This document shows positions 9,605 to 18,456 of a stretch of DNA of 64,000 bases, piece after piece. Origin of the DNA: Escherichia phage SF; the sequence record MH359124. The stretch is one strand, 5' to 3'. The notes below the pieces were generated by a model. It was given only the letters and a program-made list of their open reading frames with translations. It was not told the DNA's origin and searched no databases. Every line of letters begins with the position of its first letter. Positions within the stretch are counted from its first letter, which is position 1. The translations under genes and the position numbers were made by a program.

Positions 9605-9961
9605 ATGACATATTCATTAAATCTTAAAGATTTCCAAGATGTATACGAAGTTTGTGCCAATGAACTTGGTCCTGATGCTCCAACTATTATTGAAGTTTTA
9701 AATGTGCTCCCTTCATCATTAGCTTACGAAGCCAAATCATGGGGTTGGAACGACACTGTCGTTCGTGATGACCTTTACGTCCTGATGAACGATATGATGG
9801 TTAAAAAGGCAGAACCGGTTGCACCAATGGTTACCATTACCGTTGAAGAATATAATCGCCTGCAAGCCATTGAAGAGCTTCTGTGGAACATTGAATGTGA
9901 CCTGCCGTCAGGGCTAGAATCCTGGATTGATTATGAAGAGCTCAATAAACTCCGGGGTTAA
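9605..9961 (+). CDS. Hypothetical protein
   Basis: ORF. Confidence 0.5.
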   Translation: MTYSLNLKDFQDVYEVCANELGPDAPTIIEVLNVLPSSLAYEAKSWGWNDTVVRDDLYVLMNDMMVKKAEPVAPMVTITVEEYNRLQAIEELLWNIECDLPSGLESWIDYEELNKLRG

Positions 9962-10062
9962 ACCGTGGTATTCGGCTCGATGGGAGACAGTCGAGCCAGA
10001 CGTCGAAACAGTTTACAATGACGAAGAAACGTGTTATGATGAACCTTCAATAAATGAATTAA

Positions 10063-10491
10063 TTGATATGGAGTATGGTTATGAATATTTCTGAAACTCG
10101 CGGTAAATGGTTCAAGATCGTTAAAGAAGATGAAGAACTACAAGTCAAGTTTCCTGAATTAAAGAAAGGAACAATCATCAAGGTAATTGGTATTTCAACA
10201 ACGGCTGACCTGGCGAGCGGCATCGTTGAAGTGATGCTGTCTACCGGCGAGAAACTTTGCATCCACGACCGTGATATTGGTTTTTGGTGTTTCTGGGAAT
10301 CCAATTCAATAGATGAACTCGAAGAAATTGACCAAGTAGTTTGTGGCAGTGAACTTGGTGAATTCGAAGGGGAACGTATTTCTTATGCTTTAGCTAAATT
10401 AGCCGCACAAGAAAATAATGACGGCTATGAAGGTAATCTGATGCAAGCCGCAGCTGAATACATTGAATATTTAGAAAGACGTTTAAGTTAA
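10063..10491 (+). CDS. Hypothetical protein
   Basis: ORF; start ambiguous (ATG at 10063, 10075, 10081). Confidence 0.45.
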   Translation: MIWSMVMNISETRGKWFKIVKEDEELQVKFPELKKGTIIKVIGISTTADLASGIVEVMLSTGEKLCIHDRDIGFWCFWESNSIDELEEIDQVVCGSELGEFEGERISYALAKLAAQENNDGYEGNLMQAAAEYIEYLERRLS

Positions 10492-10500
10492 AGGTTTATT

Positions 10501-10680
10501 ATGAAAACTGAATTATTTTATGGCGAAAGAACAAACGGCCAAAAATCTTGGAAATTTGTTATAATTGGCGCTCCAAACAATCCGAACATGAGGACTTCAA
10601 TCATTTCGGTAACACGTCCTACTAAAAGAATGATTCGCCAATACAAACGTTTCCATCGTGACTTTTATAACGTTTACTAA
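10501..10680 (+). CDS. Hypothetical small basic protein (59 aa)
   Basis: Hand-translated; below ORF-track cutoff. Confidence 0.35.
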   Translation: MKTELFYGERTNGQKSWKFVIIGAPNNPNMRTSIISVTRPTKRMIRQYKRFHRDFYNVY

Positions 10681-10682
10681 AT

Positions 10683-10690
10683 TATAAATA
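10683..10690 (+). promoter_or_regulatory. T4 late promoter core TATAAATA upstream of gene 49, followed by CCCTTA/TAAGGG leader hairpin
   Basis: Exact TATAAATA; T4 gene 49 is known to be expressed from a late promoter. Confidence 0.55.
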
Positions 10691-10719
10691 CCCTTATCTA
10701 TTTAAGGTAAGGGTTTATC

Positions 10720-11193
10720 ATGTTATTATCAGGCGCAAAATACAAAGAAGAAAAACAAAAATTTTATGATGCACAGAATGGTAAGTGTCCTATTTGCCAC
10801 CGTGAATTAGACCCTGATGTTCAAGGTAACCATCTTGACCACGACCACGAATTAAACGGGCCAAAAGCAGGTAGAGTTCGTGGGTTACTCTGTAATCTGT
10901 GCAACGCAGCAGAAGGCCAAATGAAGCATAAGTTCAACCGTTCCGGTCTTAAAGGACGTGATGTCGACTACCTCGAATGGCTTGAAGCTCTTCTTGCTTA
11001 TTTGAAACAAGATTATTCTGATAATAATATCCATCCTAATTTTGTTCCAGACAAAACTAAAGAGTTCTCAAGACTAGGTAAAGAGGAAATGATGGCTGAG
11101 ATGCTTCAAAGAGGATTTGAATATAATGAATCTGATACCAAAACACAATTAATAGCTTCATTCAAAAAGCAGCTTAGAAAGAGTTTAAAATGA
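10720..11193 (+). CDS. 49: Endonuclease VII (Holliday junction resolvase)
   Basis: 157 aa, CPICHRELD...HLDHDHELNG...CNLCNAAEG matches T4 gp49. Confidence 0.92.
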   Translation: MLLSGAKYKEEKQKFYDAQNGKCPICHRELDPDVQGNHLDHDHELNGPKAGRVRGLLCNLCNAAEGQMKHKFNRSGLKGRDVDYLEWLEALLAYLKQDYSDNNIHPNFVPDKTKEFSRLGKEEMMAEMLQRGFEYNESDTKTQLIASFKKQLRKSLK

Positions 11194-13007
11194 AAATTGA
11201 AAAAGAAATTGAAGGATTAATTCATAAAACTAATAAAGATCTTTTGAACGAGAATGCTAATAAAGATTCTCGTGTTTTTCCAACTCAACGGGACCTTATG
11301 GCTGGTATTGTGTCTAAGCACATTGCCAAAAATATGGTCCCGTCTTTTATTATGAAAGCACATGAAAGCGGAATTATCCATTTCCATGATATTGATTATT
11401 CCCCTGCACTTCCATTTACTAATTGCTGTTTAGTAGATTTAAAAGGAATGCTTGAAAACGGATTTAAGCTAGGTAACGCTCAAATTGAAACGCCTAAATC
11501 GATCGGTGTTGCTACTGCAATTATGGCACAAATTACTGCACAGGTTGCTTCTCATCAATATGGCGGAACGACTTTTGCGAATGTAGATAAAGTACTTTCT
11601 CCTTATGTTAAACGCACCTATGCAAAACATATTGAGGATGCAGAAAAATGGCAAATCGCTGATGCGTTGAATTATGCTCAATCCAAAACAGAAAAAGATG
11701 TCTATGACGCGTTCCAAGCTTATGAATATGAAGTAAATACTCTCTTTAGTTCAAACGGACAAACGCCTTTTGTAACAATTACATTTGGTACTGGAACTGA
11801 CTGGACTGAACGAATTATTCAGAAGGCAATTCTTAAAAACCGCATTAAAGGCCTTGGTCGTGATGGAATAACTCCTATTTTCCCTAAGCTTGTTATGTTC
11901 GTTGAAGAAGGCGTTAATCTTTATAAAGATGATCCAAACTATGATATTAAACAACTTGCGTTAGAATGTGCAAGCAAAAGAATGTATCCTGACATTATTT
12001 CGGTTAAGAATAATAAAGCTATTACCGGTTCTTCAGTTCCTGTTTCTCCAATGGGTTGCCGTAGTTTCTTGAGCGTATGGAAAGATTCGACTGGTAATGA
12101 AATTCTTGATGGACGTAATAATCTCGGTGTTGTAACACTGAATCTTCCTCGTATCGCATTAGATTCTTATATTGGAACACAGTTCAATGAACAGAAATTT
12201 ATTGAATTGTTCAATGAACGAATGGATTTGTGTTTTGAAGCATTGATGTGTAGAATTAGTTCTTTAAAGGGTGTTAAAGCGACTGTTGCTCCTATTCTTT
12301 ACCAAGAAGGTGCATTTGGGGTTCGTCTTAAACCTGACGATGATATAATTGAGTTATTTAAAAACGGTAGAAGTTCAGTGTCTTTAGGATACATTGGTAT
12401 TCACGAATTGAATATTCTTGTCGGTCGTGATATTGGACAAGAAATTTTGACTAAAATGAATGCTCGTCTTAAGCAGTGGACTGAAAGAACTGGATTTGCT
12501 TTTAGTTTATACTCTACTCCTGCTGAAAACCTTTGTTATCGCTTCTGTAAACTTGATACTGAAAAATATGGAAGTGTAAAGGATGTTACTGATAAAGGCT
12601 GGTACACTAATAGTTTCCATGTTTCAGTAGAAGAAAATATCACTCCGTTTGAAAAGATTTCTCGCGAAGCCCCATATCATTTCATTGCGACAGGCGGTCA
12701 CATTTCTTATGTTGAACTTCCTGATATGAAAAATAACTTAAAAGGTCTTGAGGCTGTCTGGGATTACGCTGCACAACATTTAGATTATTTTGGTGTTAAT
12801 ATGCCAGTAGATAAATGTTTTACATGTGGAAGTACACATGAAATGACTCCTACTGAAAACGGATTTGTTTGTTCTATTTGTGGAGAAACTGATCCTAAAA
12901 AGATGAACACCATAAGAAGAACATGCGGTTATCTTGGAAATCCGAACGAACGTGGATTTAATCTCGGCAAAAATAAAGAAATCATGCATAGGGTTAAACA
13001 CCAATGA
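11190..13007 (+). CDS. nrdD: Anaerobic ribonucleoside-triphosphate reductase, uninterrupted
   Basis: 605 aa, T4 NrdD-like throughout; C-terminal glycyl-radical and Zn-Cys region. Confidence 0.92.
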   Translation: MKIEKEIEGLIHKTNKDLLNENANKDSRVFPTQRDLMAGIVSKHIAKNMVPSFIMKAHESGIIHFHDIDYSPALPFTNCCLVDLKGMLENGFKLGNAQIETPKSIGVATAIMAQITAQVASHQYGGTTFANVDKVLSPYVKRTYAKHIEDAEKWQIADALNYAQSKTEKDVYDAFQAYEYEVNTLFSSNGQTPFVTITFGTGTDWTERIIQKAILKNRIKGLGRDGITPIFPKLVMFVEEGVNLYKDDPNYDIKQLALECASKRMYPDIISVKNNKAITGSSVPVSPMGCRSFLSVWKDSTGNEILDGRNNLGVVTLNLPRIALDSYIGTQFNEQKFIELFNERMDLCFEALMCRISSLKGVKATVAPILYQEGAFGVRLKPDDDIIELFKNGRSSVSLGYIGIHELNILVGRDIGQEILTKMNARLKQWTERTGFAFSLYSTPAENLCYRFCKLDTEKYGSVKDVTDKGWYTNSFHVSVEENITPFEKISREAPYHFIATGGHISYVELPDMKNNLKGLEAVWDYAAQHLDYFGVNMPVDKCFTCGSTHEMTPTENGFVCSICGETDPKKMNTIRRTCGYLGNPNERGFNLGKNKEIMHRVKHQ

Positions 13008-13474
13008 ATTATGATAGATTTTATCCTTGCGATTTTGTGAATGGCCCTGGATGCAGGGTCGTTCTTTTCGTTACAGGTTGTTTGCATAAATGCGAGGGGT
13101 GTTATAATAAATCAACATGGAATGCTAGAAACGGTATTCCATTCACTGGTGAAACACTAGAACAATTAATTGAATGTTTGAATAATGATTATATAGAAGG
13201 ATTAACTATAACTGGAGGAGACCCTCTCTATCCTGATAACCGAGATGTTATTCACTCTGTAGTTCAAACAGTAAAAAATCTTTATCCCAATAAAAGCATT
13301 TGGTTGTGGACAGGATATAAGTTTGAAGATATTAAACAACTAGAAATGCTTAAATATGTTGATGTTATTATTGATGGGAAGTATGAGAAAAATCTTCCGA
13401 CTAAAAAACTGTGGCGAGGATCAGATAATCAGCGACTTTGGTCAAATACCGATGGGGTGTGGAAACATGATTAA
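13004..13474 (+). CDS. nrdG: Anaerobic RNR activating protein (radical SAM)
   Basis: 156 aa; Cys cluster CLHKCEGC; position after nrdD. Confidence 0.88.
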   Translation: MNYDRFYPCDFVNGPGCRVVLFVTGCLHKCEGCYNKSTWNARNGIPFTGETLEQLIECLNNDYIEGLTITGGDPLYPDNRDVIHSVVQTVKNLYPNKSIWLWTGYKFEDIKQLEMLKYVDVIIDGKYEKNLPTKKLWRGSDNQRLWSNTDGVWKHD

Positions 13475-13588
13475 ATTGAATTATATTATGGATACTATAA
13501 ATGATATGATTTTTCATTTTGGTCCAGAATTTTATTCCCAATATAGCTTAGTGTTTATCAATGTTTGGTTAATTAATTAAGGGTAAAT

Positions 13589-13804
13589 ATGTATAAATTT
13601 CGTAAAGGTTTAGCTGATTTTCTTACAACTGTAACGTTCTTTTTGTTTATGGCAGTTGGAGCTATTTTTCTTATTCCTTTTACTGTTGTATTTTTCGTGA
13701 TTAGTTTAATTTCTCCTGAAAAGGGTTTATCCTCCAGCGAATTCAACGAACGTTTGGACAAAATTACTAATAAACTGAATTCTGTTCTTGATAAAAAGGC
13801 TTAA
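13589..13804 (+). CDS. Hypothetical membrane protein
   Basis: Hydrophobic 71-aa ORF. Confidence 0.45.
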   Translation: MYKFRKGLADFLTTVTFFLFMAVGAIFLIPFTVVFFVISLISPEKGLSSSEFNERLDKITNKLNSVLDKKA

Positions 13805-13806
13805 TT

Positions 13807-14124
13807 ATGATTAGTTTTGAGCAGTATGTGGTAGAGAGTTGGAAGGGGTTTGATATGTTCGGTAATGACTATTATTTTTACGAATGTGATCTAAATCCTA
13901 GTTTTTGGGCTGGACGTGAACGAGATCTCGAAGAAATTAATGCTCGTGCCGAATTGTTAGGTGAATTACCTACGGTTTATTTTACCTTTGATGCATCCGG
14001 ATTTGTTATCCAGGTTTATTTTCCTGAAGAAAATTCTGGTGATGATTCTGTTAACCCGCCATATTGGGCTTACCAAGGAATTATTTCTCGTGGAACAAAA
14101 CTCGAACTTAAAGAACAAGATTGA
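13807..14124 (+). CDS. Hypothetical protein
   Basis: ORF. Confidence 0.45.
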   Translation: MISFEQYVVESWKGFDMFGNDYYFYECDLNPSFWAGRERDLEEINARAELLGELPTVYFTFDASGFVIQVYFPEENSGDDSVNPPYWAYQGIISRGTKLELKEQD

Positions 14125-14413
14125 AATTTATGGCATCCCTGAAGAAGTAGGACGTTGTCCAGGATGTTATACTGTTACAAAACTTTTAAAGGAGCTCAAT
14201 GCTCCTTATACATTTTATAAAGTCCTCACTAATAATGGTAAGATTGAATATGACCGTCCTTTAATCGTATCTCTTGCTAAACGTGCAGGATTCACTTCAC
14301 TTAATATTCGTTATCCTGTCATATTTTTAAATGGTAAGAAACAAAAGAATATTGCAGAGTTTAAAAAGTCCTTGATTTCATTAGGATACGACTCTGATAT
14401 CATAGAAGATTGA
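14090..14413 (+). CDS. nrdH: Glutaredoxin-like protein (NrdH-like), start uncertain
   Basis: IEIYGIPEEVGRCPGCYTV redox motif; no in-frame ATG nearby, GTG at 14090 with AAGGA SD is candidate. Confidence 0.6.
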   Translation: MEQNSNLKNKIEIYGIPEEVGRCPGCYTVTKLLKELNAPYTFYKVLTNNGKIEYDRPLIVSLAKRAGFTSLNIRYPVIFLNGKKQKNIAEFKKSLISLGYDSDIIED

Positions 14414-14437
14414 CCAGGTGCCGCCTGGTCTTCTTTA
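14412..14437 (+). terminator. Hairpin GACCAGG-TGCCG-CCTGGTC followed by T-rich tract
   Basis: Seen in sequence. Confidence 0.5.
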
Positions 14438-14581
14438 TCCCATTTCTAATATAATCTATTGGAATCTTTACTTCACCATCTCCTTGTGCCCCTCTCAAAT
14501 CAAAAATATTTTCATAAAACAGTTTACATCCTCAATAGATGTGTTAAGATTAAACCATCTTCTACTATAGAGGAAAATAAA

Positions 14582-14764
14582 ATGACAATTGAAGATAAAG
14601 AAATTAAGGTCGACCAGTACTATTCTGTCAACGGTAATGCCGTACAGATAACCAGAGTTTCAAGCCTGGATGTTTGGTACCGTTCAATCAAATATCCAGA
14701 AATTGGTGAAATGCTTTGTGACCGTGGTATCTTCTGTTCAATTGCGAAGGAAATTAAGCCATGA
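14582..14764 (+). CDS. Hypothetical protein (60 aa)
   Basis: ORF with AGAGGAAA SD. Confidence 0.45.
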   Translation: MTIEDKEIKVDQYYSVNGNAVQITRVSSLDVWYRSIKYPEIGEMLCDRGIFCSIAKEIKP

Positions 14765-15009
14765 TTAGTTTAGATTCAAAGAAAGTTGTTCTAACCCTTA
14801 AAGTTAATGACGAGCGACTGGTATTCATTACCATTTCCGATTTGCATGTTGAAATTGCTAATGGCGTTCGTACTTATCAAGCAAATAAAACTCAATGGGA
14901 TTATATCCCGATGTTGACGCTTACTCAGCGTTTAGAATCAATCGGTCTTAAAGACCTTTCAGTAAGTGAAGTGAATTTTATCAAACGCATTGTATCAATC
15001 AATCTCTGA
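14761..15009 (+). CDS. Hypothetical protein
   Basis: ORF. Confidence 0.45.
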   Translation: MISLDSKKVVLTLKVNDERLVFITISDLHVEIANGVRTYQANKTQWDYIPMLTLTQRLESIGLKDLSVSEVNFIKRIVSINL

Positions 15010-15016
15010 GGTACTT

Positions 15017-15310
15017 ATGGGTAAAACATATCGTCGTAAAGATTTGAAAGTTCGTGATTACGACTATTTTGGTAAACGTAAAGCTCCTGACGGTGTTAGC
15101 CACAAAGACATGGTTGAAAATATTTTCCGCTCAGATAAATGGAAACGTATGAAAGGCGTTGATTCTGAAGTCAAGAATGAAATGAATCGACAACTCCGCA
15201 AAGAAGTTCGTAAGTTGAAAAAAGATGTTTACAGTAAAGAAGATTATGATTATAATACTTCTCATACTGAAGCCAAACGTAAAGCTAACGAATGTTATCG
15301 TTACAGTTGA
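15017..15310 (+). CDS. Hypothetical basic protein
   Basis: ORF with GAGG SD. Confidence 0.45.
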   Translation: MGKTYRRKDLKVRDYDYFGKRKAPDGVSHKDMVENIFRSDKWKRMKGVDSEVKNEMNRQLRKEVRKLKKDVYSKEDYDYNTSHTEAKRKANECYRYS

Positions 15311-15317
15311 GGAAATT

Positions 15318-15452
15318 ATGAATATCAAACGAATGCTTTTTAAGCAGGGATTATATACTTTAAATGTTAATCCAAAGGGTGATACAACTAAATGGTCTGT
15401 AAATGACTGGATTAAGTTCATCGATGAAAATGGGGCGTGGAACACAAAATGA
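15318..15452 (+). CDS. Hypothetical small protein (44 aa)
   Basis: ORF with GAGGAAA SD. Confidence 0.35.
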   Translation: MNIKRMLFKQGLYTLNVNPKGDTTKWSVNDWIKFIDENGAWNTK

Positions 15453-15649
15453 ATCCTGAAAATATTGTGTCATGGCAACTTCGTGAAGAACGTGCCGAAT
15501 TCTTTGCCAATATGAAACTCAACGGTATTGAGGACGAAGACTTTTTACGTTGGTTCTGGATTTACAAATACAAAGAATGCCAACATGCTGTGCTATTGAC
15601 TTGCGCAGTTATGTACGAAGGCTGGAAAGGTGCCAAAAAGTTCGGTTAA
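15449..15649 (+). CDS. Hypothetical protein
   Basis: ORF. Confidence 0.4.
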   Translation: MNPENIVSWQLREERAEFFANMKLNGIEDEDFLRWFWIYKYKECQHAVLLTCAVMYEGWKGAKKFG

Positions 15650-15712
15650 TAGTTTACGATGGTAGGAAGATAATAACAGGTCTTCCTATCGTCTTAAAAT
15701 GAGGAAAATATC

Positions 15713-15952
15713 ATGGCCCAAGAATTAGATTTTATCAAATTCAAAAAACACCTCGACGTTAAAATTGGTGATTCAATTGTTAGGATTGAGTATGACATTT
15801 TAACAGATGCTATTACTGTTAGATGTGATGGAAATAGTTTCAGCTTCGATACAACCGAAAACAAATACCCGATCTATAAAGGCATTTTTGATATGGGTGT
15901 TGATATTACTCCACGTGATACAAATTACTTACTTTTCATGCTTAAAAAATAG
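15713..15952 (+). CDS. Hypothetical protein
   Basis: ORF with GAGGAAA SD. Confidence 0.5.
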   Translation: MAQELDFIKFKKHLDVKIGDSIVRIEYDILTDAITVRCDGNSFSFDTTENKYPIYKGIFDMGVDITPRDTNYLLFMLKK

Positions 15953-16013
15953 TATACAAACTCTTGAGAGTATAATTCTCTCATTGGATAATAAAATAAC
16001 CGAGGAAAATAAT

Positions 16014-16346
16014 ATGTCTACTAAAATCAAAAACGTAGTTAATTCTTTCGCTTTCGATAAAGTTGTTGCTCTTCTGGAATCTGGCAATATTGTTACTCCT
16101 CAAGTTCTTGACGCGTGGGAATTCCGTCTTTATGAAATCATGCAAAAACACGACCAGAAAATTGGACGTAATTCTATTCGTGAAATTCTAGTACAATATA
16201 TTCTTTCTGAATTTGACGTTGCCGCATTTGGTGTTGAATCTAAAGCTTATCAGAAACATGAAATCTCTGAAAAGACTATCCGTCGTATGAAAAAACAACG
16301 TAAGAAAAAATTTGTTGACCTGAAAATTGTTAAGGCGGTAAAATGA
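16014..16346 (+). CDS. Hypothetical protein
   Basis: ORF with GAGGAAA SD. Confidence 0.5.
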   Translation: MSTKIKNVVNSFAFDKVVALLESGNIVTPQVLDAWEFRLYEIMQKHDQKIGRNSIREILVQYILSEFDVAAFGVESKAYQKHEISEKTIRRMKKQRKKKFVDLKIVKAVK

Positions 16347-16570
16347 GCGTATTAACAGAAACTTTGATTAATGACCTGCGTCTAGCTGGTTACGAAGTTG
16401 GTACAAATAGTCTAGGTCTTCCTCAGATTGAAGGGCCTGGATTTATTTTGGAATACGAATTCAAACAATGGTGGTTATATGCTACGGTTGACGATGCGTT
16501 GAATATTGATTTCGTTGACCAATTTGATTCGCTGGATGCTGCTCTTGAAGCAGCAAAGGAACTAGAATGA
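16343..16570 (+). CDS. Hypothetical protein
   Basis: ORF, overlapping stop/start. Confidence 0.45.
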   Translation: MSVLTETLINDLRLAGYEVGTNSLGLPQIEGPGFILEYEFKQWWLYATVDDALNIDFVDQFDSLDAALEAAKELE

Positions 16571-16836
16571 AATTAACTCGAATCAGTATAACTGAAGAAA
16601 AGCTGGGCGAATTTTATGTTGACGAATACATGAAAGTCACGTATTTTCCATTCGTTAAAGGTGTTGGTTTTTGGGAAACTCATGTATCTCAATTAAACGA
16701 AGGCGACTATAACGAAACACATGAGAACTTTTTAGATTTTCTTTATAATGCCGGTCTTACTGAGCTTTATATCGATATCCATGAGTTCAAACGTTTAATG
16801 GAAAAAGTGTTTCAGGCTTATTGTTTGCTCCGATAG
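16567..16836 (+). CDS. Hypothetical protein
   Basis: ORF, overlapping stop/start. Confidence 0.45.
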   Translation: MKLTRISITEEKLGEFYVDEYMKVTYFPFVKGVGFWETHVSQLNEGDYNETHENFLDFLYNAGLTELYIDIHEFKRLMEKVFQAYCLLR

Positions 16837-16842
16837 TATCTC

Positions 16843-16880
16843 GTGCTTTAAGATAGGTCTCTAAATATTATGATATAATA
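16843..16880 (+). promoter_or_regulatory. Promoter region upstream of gene 55 (MotA-box-like TGCTTTA plus TATTAT/TATAAT -10 elements)
   Basis: Motifs read directly. Confidence 0.4.
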
Positions 16881-16908
16881 GACCTATGAATTGAGCTAAG
16901 AGGTACTT

Positions 16909-17466
16909 ATGACTGAACAAAAACCTAAAAATAACTATGTGAATAATAAAGAGCTTCTCGCCGCTATAATCGAGTGGAAAAAGGAGCTCTTAAATAATAA
17001 AGACCCAAACAAAATTATTCGTCAGAATGATACCATCGGTTTAGCAATTATGCTTATCGCCGAAGGCCTATCCAAACGTTTCAACTTTTCAGGATATACC
17101 CAATCTTGGAAGCAGGAGATGATTGCAGATGGGATTGAAGCCTCTATTAAGGGACTTCATAATTTCGACGAAACCAAGTACAATAACCCACATGCATACA
17201 TAACTCGAGCTTGTTTTAATGCTTTTGTCCAACGTATCAAAAAAGAACGTAAGGAAGTTGCAAAGAAATATAGTTACTTCGTTCATAACGTCTACGACAG
17301 TCATGACGATGATATGGTAGCGTTGGTAGATGAAACGTTTATTCAAGACATCTACGATAAAATGACGCATTATGAAGAATCCGCTTATAAAGCTCCTGGG
17401 GCTGAAAAGAAGGAAGTTGTTAGCGATTCGCCTAGTTTGGATTTTTTATATGAGGATGACAATTGA
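16909..17466 (+). CDS. 55: Late-transcription sigma factor gp55
   Basis: 185 aa, near-identical to T4 gp55 as I recall it. Confidence 0.93.
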   Translation: MTEQKPKNNYVNNKELLAAIIEWKKELLNNKDPNKIIRQNDTIGLAIMLIAEGLSKRFNFSGYTQSWKQEMIADGIEASIKGLHNFDETKYNNPHAYITRACFNAFVQRIKKERKEVAKKYSYFVHNVYDSHDDDMVALVDETFIQDIYDKMTHYEESAYKAPGAEKKEVVSDSPSLDFLYEDDN

Positions 17467-17665
17467 CATCTCTAACTACTTAGAAGAACCTTTTGACGAA
17501 GCAATCCCTTATTTGGTAAAACTGTTGGGTCGTGAATTTAAAATTAATTTTGACATCGACCCTTTGAACCCACATGACGTGTCATTTTCGATAAATGGGA
17601 CTCCGGTTGAGTATGAGTTCTGTATTGAAGAGGATGGACGTTTTTATTTTAATTTAATGAGATAA
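17450..17665 (+). CDS. Hypothetical protein (start uncertain)
   Basis: ORF overlapping 3' end of gene 55. Confidence 0.35.
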   Translation: MRMTIDISNYLEEPFDEAIPYLVKLLGREFKINFDIDPLNPHDVSFSINGTPVEYEFCIEEDGRFYFNLMR

Positions 17666-17666
17666 T

Positions 17667-17990
17667 ATGACTACCGAGATTATTGAAAATAAAGAAGCGG
17701 AAGATGCAGTAGCTAAAATGCTACAAGAAATCCAAAAGAAAAATGAAGCTGAAGCACGTAAAAAATCCGAAAAGATTCTTAAAAAGAATCGTTTTGAACT
17801 AAACCGTCTTTATGCTCATGCTCAAGAAGCAGCAATTCAAAACAACTTCGAAGCTTATGAATATGCTATTAAGAAATCTCGGGATATTCTACGACAACCA
17901 TATAATGACAAGTTAATTAAAATCCAGTGGGTTACTACTCGTCAGGCTATTGAGGACATCATTAATGGCGCTAGTTCAAACAAAGTTTAA
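17667..17990 (+). CDS. Hypothetical protein
   Basis: ORF. Confidence 0.45.
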   Translation: MTTEIIENKEAEDAVAKMLQEIQKKNEAEARKKSEKILKKNRFELNRLYAHAQEAAIQNNFEAYEYAIKKSRDILRQPYNDKLIKIQWVTTRQAIEDIINGASSNKV

Positions 17991-18171
17991 ACGTCTTAAT
18001 CTGAACGCAGGATTCACCCTTAAATTGGGAGGTCCTCTTTGTGTTAAAATTTCCGAAAAGGAATATCACGACGGTTCTATTACAGAAATTTGTCCGCCTA
18101 TTGTAAAGGCAGACCCAAAACAACTCGTGTGGGTTGATTCATTTCAAGTTAAGAAATGGTGGAAACGATGA
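17965..18171 (+). CDS. Hypothetical protein
   Basis: ORF. Confidence 0.4.
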   Translation: MALVQTKFKRLNLNAGFTLKLGGPLCVKISEKEYHDGSITEICPPIVKADPKQLVWVDSFQVKKWWKR

Positions 18172-18210
18172 GAGAAATCGATTTAGGTATTTTCTGAGAG
18201 GTGATTATGC

Positions 18211-18384
18211 ATGACGAACGACCCGACCTCTGAAAATTTCGATAAAATCCGTAAAGGCAAAGCAGAAAGAATGAGACGTTTTAAAGAGTCTTATGATAAA
18301 GCTAAAGCCGAAGGAACTATTACATACAAGCCCATTCGATTTAAAAGTTCAAATGAGCCTCTGTACGGTGTACTATGTGGATAG
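18211..18384 (+). CDS. Hypothetical small protein (57 aa), followed directly by terminator
   Basis: Hand-translated MTNDPTSENFDKIRKGKAERMRRFKE... Confidence 0.35.
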   Translation: MTNDPTSENFDKIRKGKAERMRRFKESYDKAKAEGTITYKPIRFKSSNEPLYGVLCG

Positions 18385-18410
18385 GAACTCTTCGGAGTTC
18401 CTTTTTTTTT
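18383..18410 (+). terminator. UUCG-tetraloop terminator (GGAACTC-TTCG-GAGTTCC followed by T9)
   Basis: Seen in sequence. Confidence 0.7.
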
Positions 18411-18433
18411 GCTTTATAAACGGATGATAGAAT
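18410..18433 (+). promoter_or_regulatory. MotA-dependent middle promoter (TGCTTTA box, 12 nt, TAGAAT) for gene 47
   Basis: Same box/-10 arrangement recurs upstream of 39 and 56. Confidence 0.55.
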
Positions 18434-18456
18434 GAATTAACTAATGAGGAAATAAT

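Noticed and set aside
13356-13580. 74-aa ORF overlapping the 3' end of nrdG
   Set aside because: Mostly inside nrdG in another frame; the remainder is a short AT-rich intergenic tail.
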